Below, piece by piece: positions 51,721-64,000 of a stretch of DNA of 64,000 nt. The notes below the pieces were generated by a model. The model saw nothing but the letters and a program-made list of their open reading frames with translations, was not told the origin of the DNA and searched no databases. The position numbers were made by a program, and so were the translations under genes. Origin of the DNA: Octopus sinensis (Eukaryota); NCBI RefSeq assembly GCF_006345805.1, contig NC_043008.1:53940001-54004000 (forward strand), given 5' to 3'. Positions within the stretch are counted from its first letter, which is position 1; every line of letters starts with the position of its first letter.

Positions 51721-53221
51721 AATTATTATTATTATATTATTATTATTATTATTATTATTATTTATTATTATTATTATTATTATTACTGAAGTGGTGAGCA
51801 GGCGGAATCGTTAGCACGTCGGGCGAAATGCTTGGCAGCATTACTTCCGTCTTCCCGTTCTGAGTTCTAATTCCGCCGAGCTCAACTTTGCGGGGGGGGG
51901 GTCGATGTTGCTGGCCTTGTGCCTATAGTAGAAAGGATTATGTTTCTTATCATTCTCTGACAGGAACAAATGATTTTATACCCTCGTTCTGAATTTTAAT
52001 AGCCTCCTTCTGAATATCGGAGATCATATTGAATATTCACAAGACCATTAATCTTTGTGGAGCTGCTGTGGACGAAGGAGAAGAGAGTTGTTGATTCAAT
52101 CGATCTCAGAACTTGATTTGTATATAATTTATTGAGTCAGAAAGATGAAAGGTAAAGTTGACCTTGCTGAGATGATCGGAGATCTCATAGAAAAGCCAAT
52201 TATATCCTCAGGGAACGTACAGACATATCTAAATACCATAAGAGCTACTTATCCGACATCCACAGATTCCGTTAGATCCCTTCCTCTTTCTACTATCCAA
52301 TTACTCTCTATTCTATAGAAAAACCATTCCAAGAAATCACTATTCATAGAGTGCAAATTAATATAAACAGAGAAATAAGAACTGTTAAATTATATTTATT
52401 TTCTGTGCAAGCACTACAATTACTTTATCAGAGTTTAATAATTTCGCCTTTTCATGTTTTATGGAAATGATTTCGAAGAAATATCAAATATTAATATTTG
52501 GTGATAATTATTAATTTTCAAATTTAGCTTTTAGTTGTTTGGTTTGGTACTGTCGAACCAATTTTCTCTATAGAACATCGATATTGAGAAAACGTTGTCT
52601 GATATCAGTTCCGAAGGGATTCTGCACCAGTGTTTAAACCTTTGATGTCGCATAAATTTTCTCATTTTCATCAAATATTCAAACCTCCCACCATCATCTT
52701 CCTTTTTTATCGCATGAATATTAATGATTAATTCGCAAATGACTGTTTTTACTTTATCTGTTAGAAGAGATAAGAAATTGAAGCGAATCTGTTTTTAAGG
52801 ATGTAAACGATGCTATGGTATAATTTGAAGGAAATTTGACTGCAGTATCTTCCTCTAATGTCAGATGAACCAGTACATATACCACCCCAGGTACATATAT
52901 CTGGACCCCAGGCACAAATTTAATAATGACTAATATGATTCTAATTTTGGTACAAGATGATCAATTTTCGGAGAAAAGCTGTAAGAAATGCTGCGAAGCA
53001 ATTTGTCCGACGTCTTAACGATTCTGCCAACCTTTACCTGTTTCAGTCATCCGACTGCGGCCATGCTGGGGCATAACCTTGAAGGGTTTTAGTCGAACAA
53101 CTCGACCGTAGGACGCATTTGTTTTAGCCTACTACTTATTCTAACGGTGGTGGGGAACAAACGCAGACACACGCACATATATATATATATATATAATATA
53201 TATATATATATTATATATATA

Positions 53222-53254
<33 letters not shown>

Positions 53255-53321
53255 ATGAAGGGTGGAGTTGGTGCCTTCTAGTATCTCAAAATTCAATATA
53301 TATCATTTATGATTATAGTAT

Positions 53322-53420
53322 TCTACGCTGAAGAGAAAAGAAGTTTGGGTAAGGTAGAATTATTTAATATTAATTCTTATGCTTTCCTAAAAATTTGATT
53401 TCGAAACGTGCGTCCGTAGA
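53322..53420 (+). ncRNA. Type I hammerhead ribozyme, copy 1
   Basis: Stem I TCTACG/CGTAGA; CTGAAGA at 53328-34; G53335-C53402 closes a long stem II; GAAAC-GTGC-GTC; predicted cleavage after 53414. Confidence 0.85.
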
Positions 53421-53913
53421 TAACTTAAAATTGTACGATAGATTGCCGTCAATTCATTCTCTCTTACCTGTTTGTGTTGCCTTCCAATTGCTGTGTTTTT
53501 TACTGAGATCTCCCTTTTTAGTAGAAGAAATAGCTATAACTCTTTGACTGCTATTTCTAAATTCGGTCTGTGGTAAGGCAATTCGTTGCTAAACCCTTAT
53601 TGCTTAGTATTACTTAAATTTTCCTCGAACGAGGCTTTTACATGCCGAGACTACTTGGTGTAATTGATAATTATTCCAAATTAATTAATTTCACCCTTCA
53701 TTATTACGGATAACCATATTTTATCTCGGTAGATGACCACAGCATCTTGTTTTGGCTACACGCGGGTGGGAAGGGGCTGGTGACACAATCTGTTCATTCA
53801 CACTTTGAATTTGGTGATACTAGTTGCGGATTCTAGCGCGCTCTGATACTGAGTTGAGTTGGTGCCTTCTAGTATCTCAAAATTCAATATATAATCATTT
53901 ATGATTATAGTAT

Positions 53914-54012
53914 TCTACGCTGAAGAGAAAAGAAGTTTGGGTAAGGTAGAATTATTTAATATTAATTCTTATGCTTTCCTAAAAACTTGATTTCGAAACG
54001 TGCGTCCGTAGA
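53914..54012 (+). ncRNA. Type I hammerhead ribozyme, copy 2
   Basis: Same core (CTGAAGA at 53920-26, GAAAC at 53995-99, GTC at 54004-06); stem II has AAGTTT/AAACTT and AGAATTA/TAATTCT helices. Confidence 0.87.
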
Positions 54013-54203
54013 TAACTTAAAATGTATGATAGATTGCCGTCAATTCATTCTCTCTTACCTGTTGTGTCTGCCTTCCAATTGCTGTGTTTTTTACTGAGAT
54101 CTCCCTTTTTAGTAGAAGAAATAGCTATACTCTTTGACTGCTATTTCTAAATTCGGTCTGTGGTAAGGCAATTCGTTGCTAAACCCTTTATTGCTTAGTA
54201 TTA

Positions 54204-54262
<59 letters not shown>

Positions 54263-54385
54263 CGGGTTTCTTTCAGTTTCTGTCTACCAAGTCTCTCATA
54301 AGGTTTGATCGGCTAGTGATTATAGAAAAGATAGATTCCGTTGAAAATTTATAGATACAGCCAGGGAATAATACAATAAAGTCCG

Positions 54386-54641
54386 CAGGGATGGTGGTGA
54401 TCCCTGCTGTACTCTTTCACCACAACTTTCTCTCACTCTTACTTCCTGTTTCTGTTGTACCTGTATTTCAAAGAGCCGGCCTTACCACTCTCAGTGTCAG
54501 GCTGAATATCCCCGAGAACTACGTTAAGGGTACACGTGTCTGTGGAGTGCTCAGCCACTTACACGTTAATTTCACGAGCAGGCTGTTCCGTTGATTCGGA
54601 TCAACCGGAACCCTCATCGTCGTTACCGACGGAGTGCTTCC
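54386..54641 (+). mobile_element. SINE family D, 5'-truncated
   Basis: Near-identical to the reverse complement of 62949-63215. Confidence 0.9.
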
Positions 54642-55155
54642 TTAATACAATAAAGAAACAATAATAAGAAAAATAAGGAGAATAAAACATACAATAGATA
54701 AAGCATTAGATGTATGAGTACCCAGATATAGTTACTTCGATACCCGCACTTGCAATCCTTTGTACACACACACACACACACTGGATCATTTTATTGAGTT
54801 AGTGTGTAGATAGAATGTCCCGAAAAGCATGGCCAGAATTATCCAGAGCAGAACTTGATACAAATGTTCTAACAAATAGCTGGGCTTCGTCTAAGGACGA
54901 TAAAACTACTATTGATCTATTGGTTAAGTGTGGTTACTTATGGTAATAGTTACTCTCCAGGTACTGCTTTTCGAAATGTAATATAGTAGTGGTAATATAA
55001 TATAGAAATATAACATAATGTAGTTTTAATGGCCTATAAATACTACATAACTTAATTTTAAGAATATAGAATAACCACATGATTTAGTTTCAATAATATA
55101 TTATAAAAACATAATATCATATAATTCTAGTAATATAATATAGAAATATTATATA

Positions 55156-56145
55156 CGAAATGGTATCATAAAGTTTCCGCACTAGTTCTGTAGCGCATCA
55201 TCAGATGGCAGATGGCATCGTCAGATGTACAGTGGAAGCTAGCAGTGACCTTCATTGGGCAGCGTGCCGTGTAGCATCGCCGTGTTCACTTCGCAGATTG
55301 TAAAATTTGTGTTTTTGAGAACACGTGCATGCTGTAGTCTGCGATTTTTGTCATGGACAGGAAGCTGGAACAAATAACCAAGGTGAAATTTTGCGTTAAT
55401 CCTGGAAGGTCTGCTACAGAGACGTTGATCATTCTTCGGCAAGCTTACGGCGACGAGGCAATTGGTGGTACGCAATGTTTTAAGCGGCACGGGCGCTTCA
55501 AAAGCAGAAGGTGATCCGCTGTACGCGCGGGTGAGGGTGTGGTTGTTCCTTTCTGTTGCTTCCTTTCTGTTTCTTATCGCCACATTCTCCCTCATTGTTT
55601 CTCTCTCCTTTCTCTCTCACTTTCCCACTCTCTTACTCTTCCTTTCTCTCGGACTCTCCCTCGCTTTGTCTTACTCTCACCGCCGGAAATGTAGAGAAAA
55701 TTGATCGGCTTGTAGATGGGGATCGTCGGAGGATAATCAACGAGGGTTTGAAGAGTTTGAGGGAGACAATTCAACGACCGAAACTGTTCAGCGCGAAGAA
55801 TTGGATTCTTCACAACGACAATGCACTCGGTCACCGAGTGAGTTTCTCGCCAAAAATAACATGGCATCGCTTCCGCACCCGCCCTATTCACCATATTTAG
55901 CACCTGCGGACTTCCATCTCTTCCCCAAGAGGAAAATGCAGCTGAAATGTTGCCGTTGTAATACCGTTGACGAGATCAAGTGAATTACAGAAGGCCTTTG
56001 ACTCGCTTACAGAAAACGATTCCCAGGCCGGATTCCAAAAGTGGCAAGAACACTGGGACTGGTGTATTGTTGTGTAAGGTGACTATTTCGAAGGAGATGA
56101 CATAAAATTTAAACGAATAGTCCGGGAACTTTTGATACCATCTTG
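55156..56145 (+). mobile_element. Internally deleted irritans-type mariner with both TIRs
   Basis: TA|CGAAATGGTATCATAAAGTTTCCGCACT ... AGTCCGGGAACTTTTGATACCATCTTG|TA; MDRKLEQ..VKFCV..SATET..QAYGDEA, WILHNDNA, HPPYSPYLAPADFHLFPK, GDYFEG; CT-rich insert at 55520-55680. Confidence 0.88.
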
Positions 56146-56974
56146 TAATTATATTAAAAATCAGTTGTCACTTGTGAGCGAGTATGACTTGGTAATATGA
56201 ACGACATTTTCGCTTCTGATTTTAGGTGCTTGTGTAGCCATGAGCAGGCGAATTCATTCTCATAACTCTCATATTCTTTGACTGAAAATAAGACGAAAAC
56301 GAAATGACTTTGGAGGTAGACAGGGCTGCAGGTACACATTTTGAGTAGGGTAGAATGGAGAAATAGAATTTCTTGCTCAGGGACACAAAACACCACCCAG
56401 TAAGATAATGAAACCACAACGTTATTATGGTTGTGAGTTCTGATCACCAAGCTACGCGCATACCATAATATAATTTCAAGACTTTCGATGTCGTATTCAG
56501 AAAAAAATATGAACTGTTCAAGAGTTATTTCCTCGAAAGATAACAAGTAATAATGGATTCCATCTTTTTTCAGCAATAATCTACATGCGTGGCTTATTTT
56601 ATTCGTTACTTTTATTTTTCTAATTTTTATATTCCCCGCCATTCAGTTCTATGCTAGTATTTGTAATTGCATCGTCTTACTAATATTAGAAAAAAACACA
56701 GATTCATATATAAAACAATATTTTATCCAGTTTTTTTTATTTTCTTTCTTTATGTTACTTGAGAAAATGAGCATTAACTCGACAATAATCAGCTAAGTAA
56801 TTTTGATCTGTCTTTTTATATACTACCATAATAGTTGACTTGACAGGGTCAGTGAGTGCTAGACCAGAATGCTCTGTGGAATTTAGGTAATAAATGACAG
56901 GGTCATTAGAGTGCTGGACAAGACGCTTTGTAGGTATTTATATACTTCTCTTATGTAGTCTCTGTGAAGGCGCA

Positions 56975-57245
56975 TTGACCGGTGGTTGAAGCGTCGGGAT
57001 ACAATCGTGCGGTTGTGAGTTCGATTCCTGGATCGGGCTGTGTGTTGTGTTTTTGAGTAAGATACTTTATTTCACGTTGCTCCAATTCACTCAGTTGTGT
57101 CGGCTTTGTCCTTTCCATTGGACAACTTCGGTAGCAACGAGAGGAGAGACTACCATCCATGAGTGACTCCTGTTCTTCCAGAAAAAATCTTGCCCAAACC
57201 TGCACCTCGGAGAACTATTTTTTCATGACTGAAAGAGGATCTTTC
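56975..57245 (+). mobile_element. SINE family C, diverged
   Basis: tRNA-like head with GAGTTCGATTCC; body similar to 1-213. Confidence 0.75.
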
Positions 57246-59027
57246 TTCTATTCGCCACATGATTTTCAGCTGCTCTGTATCATGTTACAAATTATTGATA
57301 AGAAAAAGTAAACATTCAGCTCTTCAAACGTCTATCTGTTCGCTGAATTTTGTACGAGTGGCTGAACATTCTCCAGAGACGAGCAACTTTATCGCATATC
57401 TCAAGTAACACCTACGCTACACAGCATGACTAGGTTTAATTATAGACACAATCCATGCGACTGTTTTTTGGATAGCTTCCGTCTATCCAGATTTATTCAG
57501 AATATTTAGGTCGACATGGGACATCGATAACTTGCGCGTCTGTTTTCTTATCTCCTCTAGCAGATAAAATATAAACTTTGCTAATTGCTGAAGAAGTCCT
57601 TTGCTAATTGCTGAAGAAAACATTAATATTCATACGGTAAAGACGTTAGAAGATTTGAATATTTAAAAATAAAAAGCGAATATTTATACAACATCAAAGA
57701 TTTATGACTGGTATAGAAACTTTCAGAACTAATATGAGACAACTTTTTTCTAAATATTGATGTTTTAGAGAGAAGACTGATTTACTACAACCAAGATTCA
57801 CAATTAAAATCTAAATTTAAACATTAATAATTATCACCAGATATTAATATCTCTTCGAAATCATTTCCATAAAGAAAAGCGAACTTCTTAAACTTTCTGC
57901 TATTCCTGCTGCATCCAAAACTCAGTAACAAGGGCAATAAGGGGCACCTTTCCTCGAGTGACGGGCAAAATAACTTACGATATTTGCTTTCGTTTATATA
58001 TTATATAAAATCAAATCCGAGAATGGTTGAATTTTATAACAACGTTCGTAGACACAAGGGAACAATCAGTGAAGCCGATTTGAAGGTGCACTCCCCTGGA
58101 AACTGCGGCTTTGTGGTTACGTTAGAAAGCACTATACATAAACAATCGTCGACAGAATCGGTAAAGCTCTTGACAAAATACATTAAGGTGTATAATTAAG
58201 TATATTTATTGTTCGGAATTAAAATTCTGCTGGGTATACACAGATTTTTATCTATTCAGTCTCTATAGAAGAATTCCTGTTCAGCATTTAGTTCTGGCGG
58301 TGTACCGTTTCTGTCAATGACCCGAGATTTAATCGACTGTGATGTACTGCAAATTTGTGTAAATGTTAGGTTTGCTTCATATTATTCTCTCGTTAAGACA
58401 AACCTATTATTTGTTATTTCTACTCAATGACTTTAGCTTTGTTTAAATAGCTTTCGATACGATATAGAAAGGCTGAATATAAATAGGTATTTGAAAATAT
58501 TATTAGCTTTCTGCAGAACTGATTGGTGGAGAGATGCAATAGATAGTGTATGATATACAATAGATAGTGTATAGTCTAAGAATTTTTATTTGAGACGTTT
58601 TATTTATTTGATAATATTTATTTGAGTCTAAGCTACGTTCAAATCACAACGCAGTCTACTTTTATGTTAAAATATTCCAGGTTCATGAGATGAAATAAGT
58701 ATCTGTTATATACTCTTTTCGCTGTATTGTGTATTCGTTTCTTTTTTTGCATCTGTTATTTTTTATTATTGATTTTCTGTATAAATAATGCTATATCCTT
58801 TAATTTACTGCTTTTCTTTACATGATCCGTGAAGATACCTTGCGAAATACTGATTTTAACGAGTAATCTTTATTCATTATTCGAAGAGACACATCTACAC
58901 CGACGGATGCTCCTAAACCAGTTCCTAAATACCCCACCCCTGAGGGATCGACGCTAGATGAGTTGAAACAATCGCAGTGATAAATGAAAATTCTCGTGTC
59001 TTCCGTCTTCCGTTTCTCTCATTAATC

Positions 59028-59420
<393 letters not shown>

Positions 59421-59514
59421 AATACTTTTTACAGATTAAGTCATTTCGGCCATTTTACAGGAACAGTTCTCCTGAGACACGTTAATGATATATTTGTGTG
59501 TGTGTCTGTGTGTG

Positions 59515-59547
<33 letters not shown>

Positions 59548-59750
59548 GTCTGTTCAGATGTTTTTGTTCACATCGACATTTTACATACTGAAATTTGATT
59601 AAATACACTAACCTACCTACGAATATGCTGGAGACTAAATATATATATTAACAGTATGAAACTCCTGTATTACTTTAGGTTTCATCGCTGTACGTAGTCT
59701 CGTCTGCGAACTGAAATTAATGCAGTGCTAGAACACACACTAAATACATA

Positions 59751-59992
59751 CACGGGCTGTTCGGGCTAATTTTGACAGATTGTATGAAAGGAAAAGAAAA
59801 CACAACATCCCTCAAAAGTATTTTTAAAAGATCAAAAACTATCAACTAGATTAGGGCTGGGAGTAACAAGTTACTCGAAATAGTCGCACTCATCATCCAG
59901 CACAGCCTCGAGATGGCTCCGGAATTTGGTGCATGCCTTCCTCACTATACCCCACCACATATACATGCGGATATAATTATTTGTATATATAT

Positions 59993-60034
<42 letters not shown>

Positions 60035-60076
60035 GATATATATATATATATATAATAATATATATATATATATATA

Positions 60077-60117
<41 letters not shown>

Positions 60118-60210
60118 ACAGAAACAGCTGTAAGATGAGATATTGTCTTATATAATCAATAAATAATAATTGATGTTTATTATCAATTTTATCTCCATTT
60201 TCTTATTTTT

Positions 60211-60276
<66 letters not shown>

Positions 60277-60900
60277 TAGAATACCACCTTGGTCTCAGCC
60301 ACCAGCTCACTGTTGATATTGCCGCACATTACACGTAGTAGGCCGTAGGATTACCATCAGAAGTATTAGGAGGTCAGAAATTGAGGCTGGTGAAGACGTA
60401 AAAATCCTCCGACAACCACTTCTGACTTTTTCCGAGGACAAGAGCAAGAATCGAATGTTGCTGCCACACATACTGCCTTCCAGCAACAACTGACAGGGTA
60501 TGATCACAGCCTCCAGCAGCTTCACATAGCAGTCTGAATTGAGCGTAAGGCCCTGTTCAAAGACATGGAGATGAGTGTCGGTGTGCGGACGCAGTTAGAC
60601 CTCCCGCTGCCCCTGTCTTCTTGTAGCATCCGTTGCAGCTGTCCATATCACGTCTTACAGTCTTTACAATGTTCACAGAGCATTGAGTAGATCTATTGAT
60701 ATCAGCATGCTGATACTTTGCACGAATCCTCAAAGTGCAGGTAACTCTTGTCCATGCCCATGTCAGCTAACTTTTTCTCAGCAAATTTAATCTTTATACT
60801 AACAACACCTCTGACGGATCATCAATACATCAATCTGTTCCTCAAAAAGTGTGACATAAAATATCAAATGGTTTTGCTTCAGTGTTAGATATTAATATTT
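59751..60900 (-). mobile_element. Decayed maT/DD37D-like transposon split by a microsatellite block (59980-60290)
   Basis: TA|CACGGGCTGTTC TIR; HVFEQGLTLNSDCYVKLL, YVWQQHS..GKSQKWLSEDFYVFTS..PPN..NP..YYV, ACTKFRSHLEAVLDDECDYFE*. Confidence 0.8.
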
Positions 60901-61523
60901 ACATGTACAATTGATACAAGAATATAGTTTACAGTTAACTGAACTGTCTACGTCTATTTTTATTTAACTGACATTTGGAACGTGTATTGCATCGCACACT
61001 TCTCTCTTTCCCCCTCCCTCACTTGTCTCTTATTTTCTGTTACTCTTCCTCATTCGTTTTTTCCCACTCCGTTACTTTCTCTCTCTCATACATACCCTCT
61101 TTGTTTCACAGACACACACTCTCTCCCACTCCTTTACTCTTTCTCTCTCACTATCTCTCTCTCTCTTCGTTTCACCGCAGGCCATAAGATCTAAGATCAA
61201 AGTATCGATGCCATAAACATGTATTACCATGCTGACATAGTGAGTACATCTATATGCGTATATGCGCGTATGTGAGCATGATGTTTATACATATAGATAT
61301 GTATACATATATACATATCAATATCATATGAACGTGTTTGCGTACATATAATATATATATTTCGTTTTGTATTTTGTTTACAAGATACTTTATCTGAATT
61401 CGGGTGCTGAAACATATTTTCTATACTTTTAGAAAAAATAAGTAAATGAGTGGAAATCGAACCGGTGAGTGTGTTAAGCAATAAAGCACTAAAAGAGAAT
61501 GACACTCCCCAGACACTATAATA

Positions 61524-61572
<49 letters not shown>

Positions 61573-61741
61573 GCATATTTGCCATTTGAATATGGCTAAC
61601 CATAAGGGTGGATGCTACTGTAGTTTGTAGCCCCAGGAAGATATCTCCTCCAGCTGGCTATAGACACACTATCTGTGTCCTCTCAGTATTTGTGAAGGGG
61701 AGTCATCCTCCCCGTCTTCAACACATGATACACACATATAT

Positions 61742-61799
<58 letters not shown>

Positions 61800-62459
61800 T
61801 GTATGTATGTGTGTGTGTATATATATATATATAATATATATATATATATATGTATATATCCATTGTGTCAAACTCCATTATAAAGCAAAGAATCCTCGTT
61901 GTACCCAAGTAGGAAGTAGAAGCAGAGGTGCGCAGCTACGGCTATGATAAATTACACTGCCATAGGGATTTCAGTTGCATAACTGTGTCGAAGTTCAAAC
62001 ATCAACGTCCTTTATGAACAAACACCTTCTTTCCTATTTAACCTCTTTATGTATATATAAGCACAATAATTTTATCCTCAACTCGTATTACAGTTTTCAA
62101 TTTTCTAAAGCATTCATTTGAATAAACAGATCTTAAGAAAACGTTATTAGCGTCACAAATTATATTACTTTGAGAAAACTGTTTTATGAATGCTGGCTTA
62201 GTATGGTTTAGTATGATTTTTGTTTTTGTGTTTTTCGGGGTTTTTTCCAATCGTTTTTCTCATGAAATACTGACTTAACTATTATCGTTATTTGAAGGTC
62301 AAACAGAAATTTATAAAATATTCATAGCCAATCATAATTTTAATTATTGGAAAATGCAATAATAAAATAATAATTATTCGAAGCGCGAAATTAGCGAATA
62401 ATTAAACAAAATCTTATTTGTTTTAGAAACATGGCAACTAATGGCTTTCATTACTACTC

Positions 62460-62910
62460 GATAGTGGGGCGGAGAGCAGGCAGAATCATTTGCATGCGGG
62501 GCATAATGCTTAGCAGCATTTGATCCCTCGTTACGTTCTGAGTTCAAATTCCGCCGAGGTTGATTTTACCTTTCAAACTTTCGCGGTCGATAAACTAAAT
62601 ACCAGTTGAACACTGTGGTCCTTCTAATTGACTTATCACTTCCCGAACTTGCTGGCCTTGAGCCAAAATTTGAAACTATTATTACAAGACTATAATATTG
62701 CATCTTAGTGGTAGTATTATTAGAGCGTCAGTGAAAAATTCTTAGTGTCATTTCTTCCGGCTCTTTGCGTTCTCAGGTCAAATTCTGATGAGGCAGAGTT
62801 TGCCTTTCATTCTATCTGGATCGATAAAATAAGTACTAAAGAAGTACTAGGATTGATGTAATCGATCTGCTCCTCCCGTCATAATTGCTGGCCCTGTGCC
62901 AAAATTAGAA
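62460..62910 (+). mobile_element. Two diverged SINE B copies in tandem
   Basis: Family motifs at 62465-62685 and 62720-62910. Confidence 0.7.
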
Positions 62911-62948
62911 AGAATCATGACTGGAATATAACAGTGCAGAAAAAGAAA

Positions 62949-63330
62949 GAAGCACTCCGTCGGTTACGACGACGAGGGTTCCGGTTGATCCGAATCAACG
63001 GAACAGCCTGCTCGTGAAATTAACGTGTAAGTGGCTGAGCACTCCACAGACACGTGTACCATTAACGTAGTTCTCGGGGATATTCAGCGTGACACAGAGA
63101 GTGACAAGGCCGGCCCTTTGAAATACAGGTACAACAGAAACAGGAAGTAAGAGTGAGAGAAAGTTGTGGTGAAAGAGTACAGCAGGGATCACCACCATCC
63201 CCTGCCGGAGCCTCGTGGAACTTTTAGGTGTTTTCGCTCAATAAACACTCACAACGCCCGGTCTGGGAATCGAAACCGCGATCCTATGACCACGAGTCCG
63301 CTGCCCTAACCACTGGGCCATTGCGCCTCC
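62949..63330 (-). mobile_element. SINE family D, full length
   Basis: Near-identical to 24521-24903. Confidence 0.92.
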
Positions 63331-63349
63331 ACATAACACTGCAAGGAAT

Positions 63350-64000
63350 TAACGAAATCGTTGGAGCGTCAGACGAAATGTTTCCCGGTAATTTGTTTCT
63401 GCTCTTCACGTTCTGGGCTCAAATATTCCCGATGTCAGCTTTGCCTTTCAATCCTTCCAGGGTCAATGAAATTACTAGACAAGTCCTACCGAAATTATTG
63501 TTGATTAACTCTCTCTCCTAAACTTCAGGCTTTGTGTCTATGTTATAAAGCAATCACAGACAAAGTGAACATTTACTTGAATTTTCTGTTTTCGTAGAAT
63601 AGTCTGCCTGATGATGAGCCAGGTCTCATGCAACCCATTTCTCGAAAAGAGCTGCCCATGTTTATAATGGATTATTCGAAGAATTTCGATCCCTTGAAAT
63701 GGAAAAACAATGTGATTGTCAACAAGGTTTTGTTTTCTTTTGTTTTGTATATTTTATGATAAAATATGAAACCAACCCTCTGAGTAATTAAGTCGGTGAT
63801 CTGTCAGAATCGTTAGCACGCTGGGTAGAATACTCTTATCTACTCAAGGCGCAAGGCCCGAAATTTTGGAGAGGAGACCAGTCAATTAAATTTACCCCAG
63901 TACGCAACTGGTACTTCATTTATCGACCCCGAAAGGCAAAGTCGACCTCGGCGGAATTTGAACTCAGAACGTAAAGACAGTCGAAATACCGCTAAGCATT
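63350..64000. mobile_element. SINE B fragments (plus at 63350-63540 and 63795-63830; minus at 63890-64000)
   Basis: Family motifs; the last copy runs off the window edge. Confidence 0.75.

Larger units (their letters stand above)
53255..54207 (+). mobile_element. Retrozyme-like non-coding element: 592-bp period, ~350-bp direct repeats each containing an HHR
   Basis: Repeats at 53265-53616 and 53856-54207, near identical; 239-bp unique spacer; no ORF. Confidence 0.85.
53035..54340 (-). mobile_element. Diverged SINE family A hosting the retrozyme-like insert
   Basis: Tail half at 53035-53178, head-side half at 54261-54340, (TA)n on both sides of the insert. Confidence 0.75.

Noticed and set aside
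53840-53849. GTATCAGAGC on the minus strand beside the repeat, resembling a plant tRNA-iMet PBS
   Set aside because: It is on the opposite strand to the HHR, the animal iMet PBS differs, and the repeats lack TG..CA ends, so an LTR-type retrozyme is not supported.
55160-55204. Minus-strand CTGATGA-stem-GAAAC
   Set aside because: No compatible stem III, cleavage triplet or stem I; it overlaps the mariner TIR region.
57984-58199. 71-aa plus-strand ORF in unique sequence (also 13487-13762 and 32473-32617)
   Set aside because: No recognisable domain or convincing splice pair; the lengths are within chance.
62784-62807. CTGATGAGGCA..TGCC hairpin
   Set aside because: Followed by TTTC rather than GAAA; a mutated SINE B segment.

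Overview
AT-rich, repeat-saturated eukaryotic DNA. The SINE families and dense TA/CA/GATA/GAA/ATT microsatellites suggest an octopus genome; this is inference from pattern recognition, not a database hit. No host protein-coding gene, rRNA, true tRNA or CRISPR array can be supported, and almost all ORFs in the supplied track are microsatellite or SINE artefacts. Transposon content: four tRNA-derived SINE families (A-D); LINE relics (CR1-like, L1/Tx1-like ORF1-only, R4/Dong-like, Hero-like, RTE-like); Penelope-like (PLE) fragments; a Helitron relic; five Tc1/mariner relics; and a Tc1-type MITE. There is one 100-N gap. The most striking signal is a set of non-coding elements carrying type I hammerhead ribozyme (HHR) motifs and inserted into (TA)n tracts. 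The best example (53255-54207) is a 592-bp unit with about 350 bp of terminal redundancy and two complete HHRs with an unusually long stem II. This retrozyme-like arrangement is predicted to release a 592-nt, potentially circular RNA. Related degenerate HHR elements lie at 3.4, 28.3 and 36.4 kb, and a minimal HHR at 19.5 kb. All family assignments are from recalled motifs and need database confirmation.
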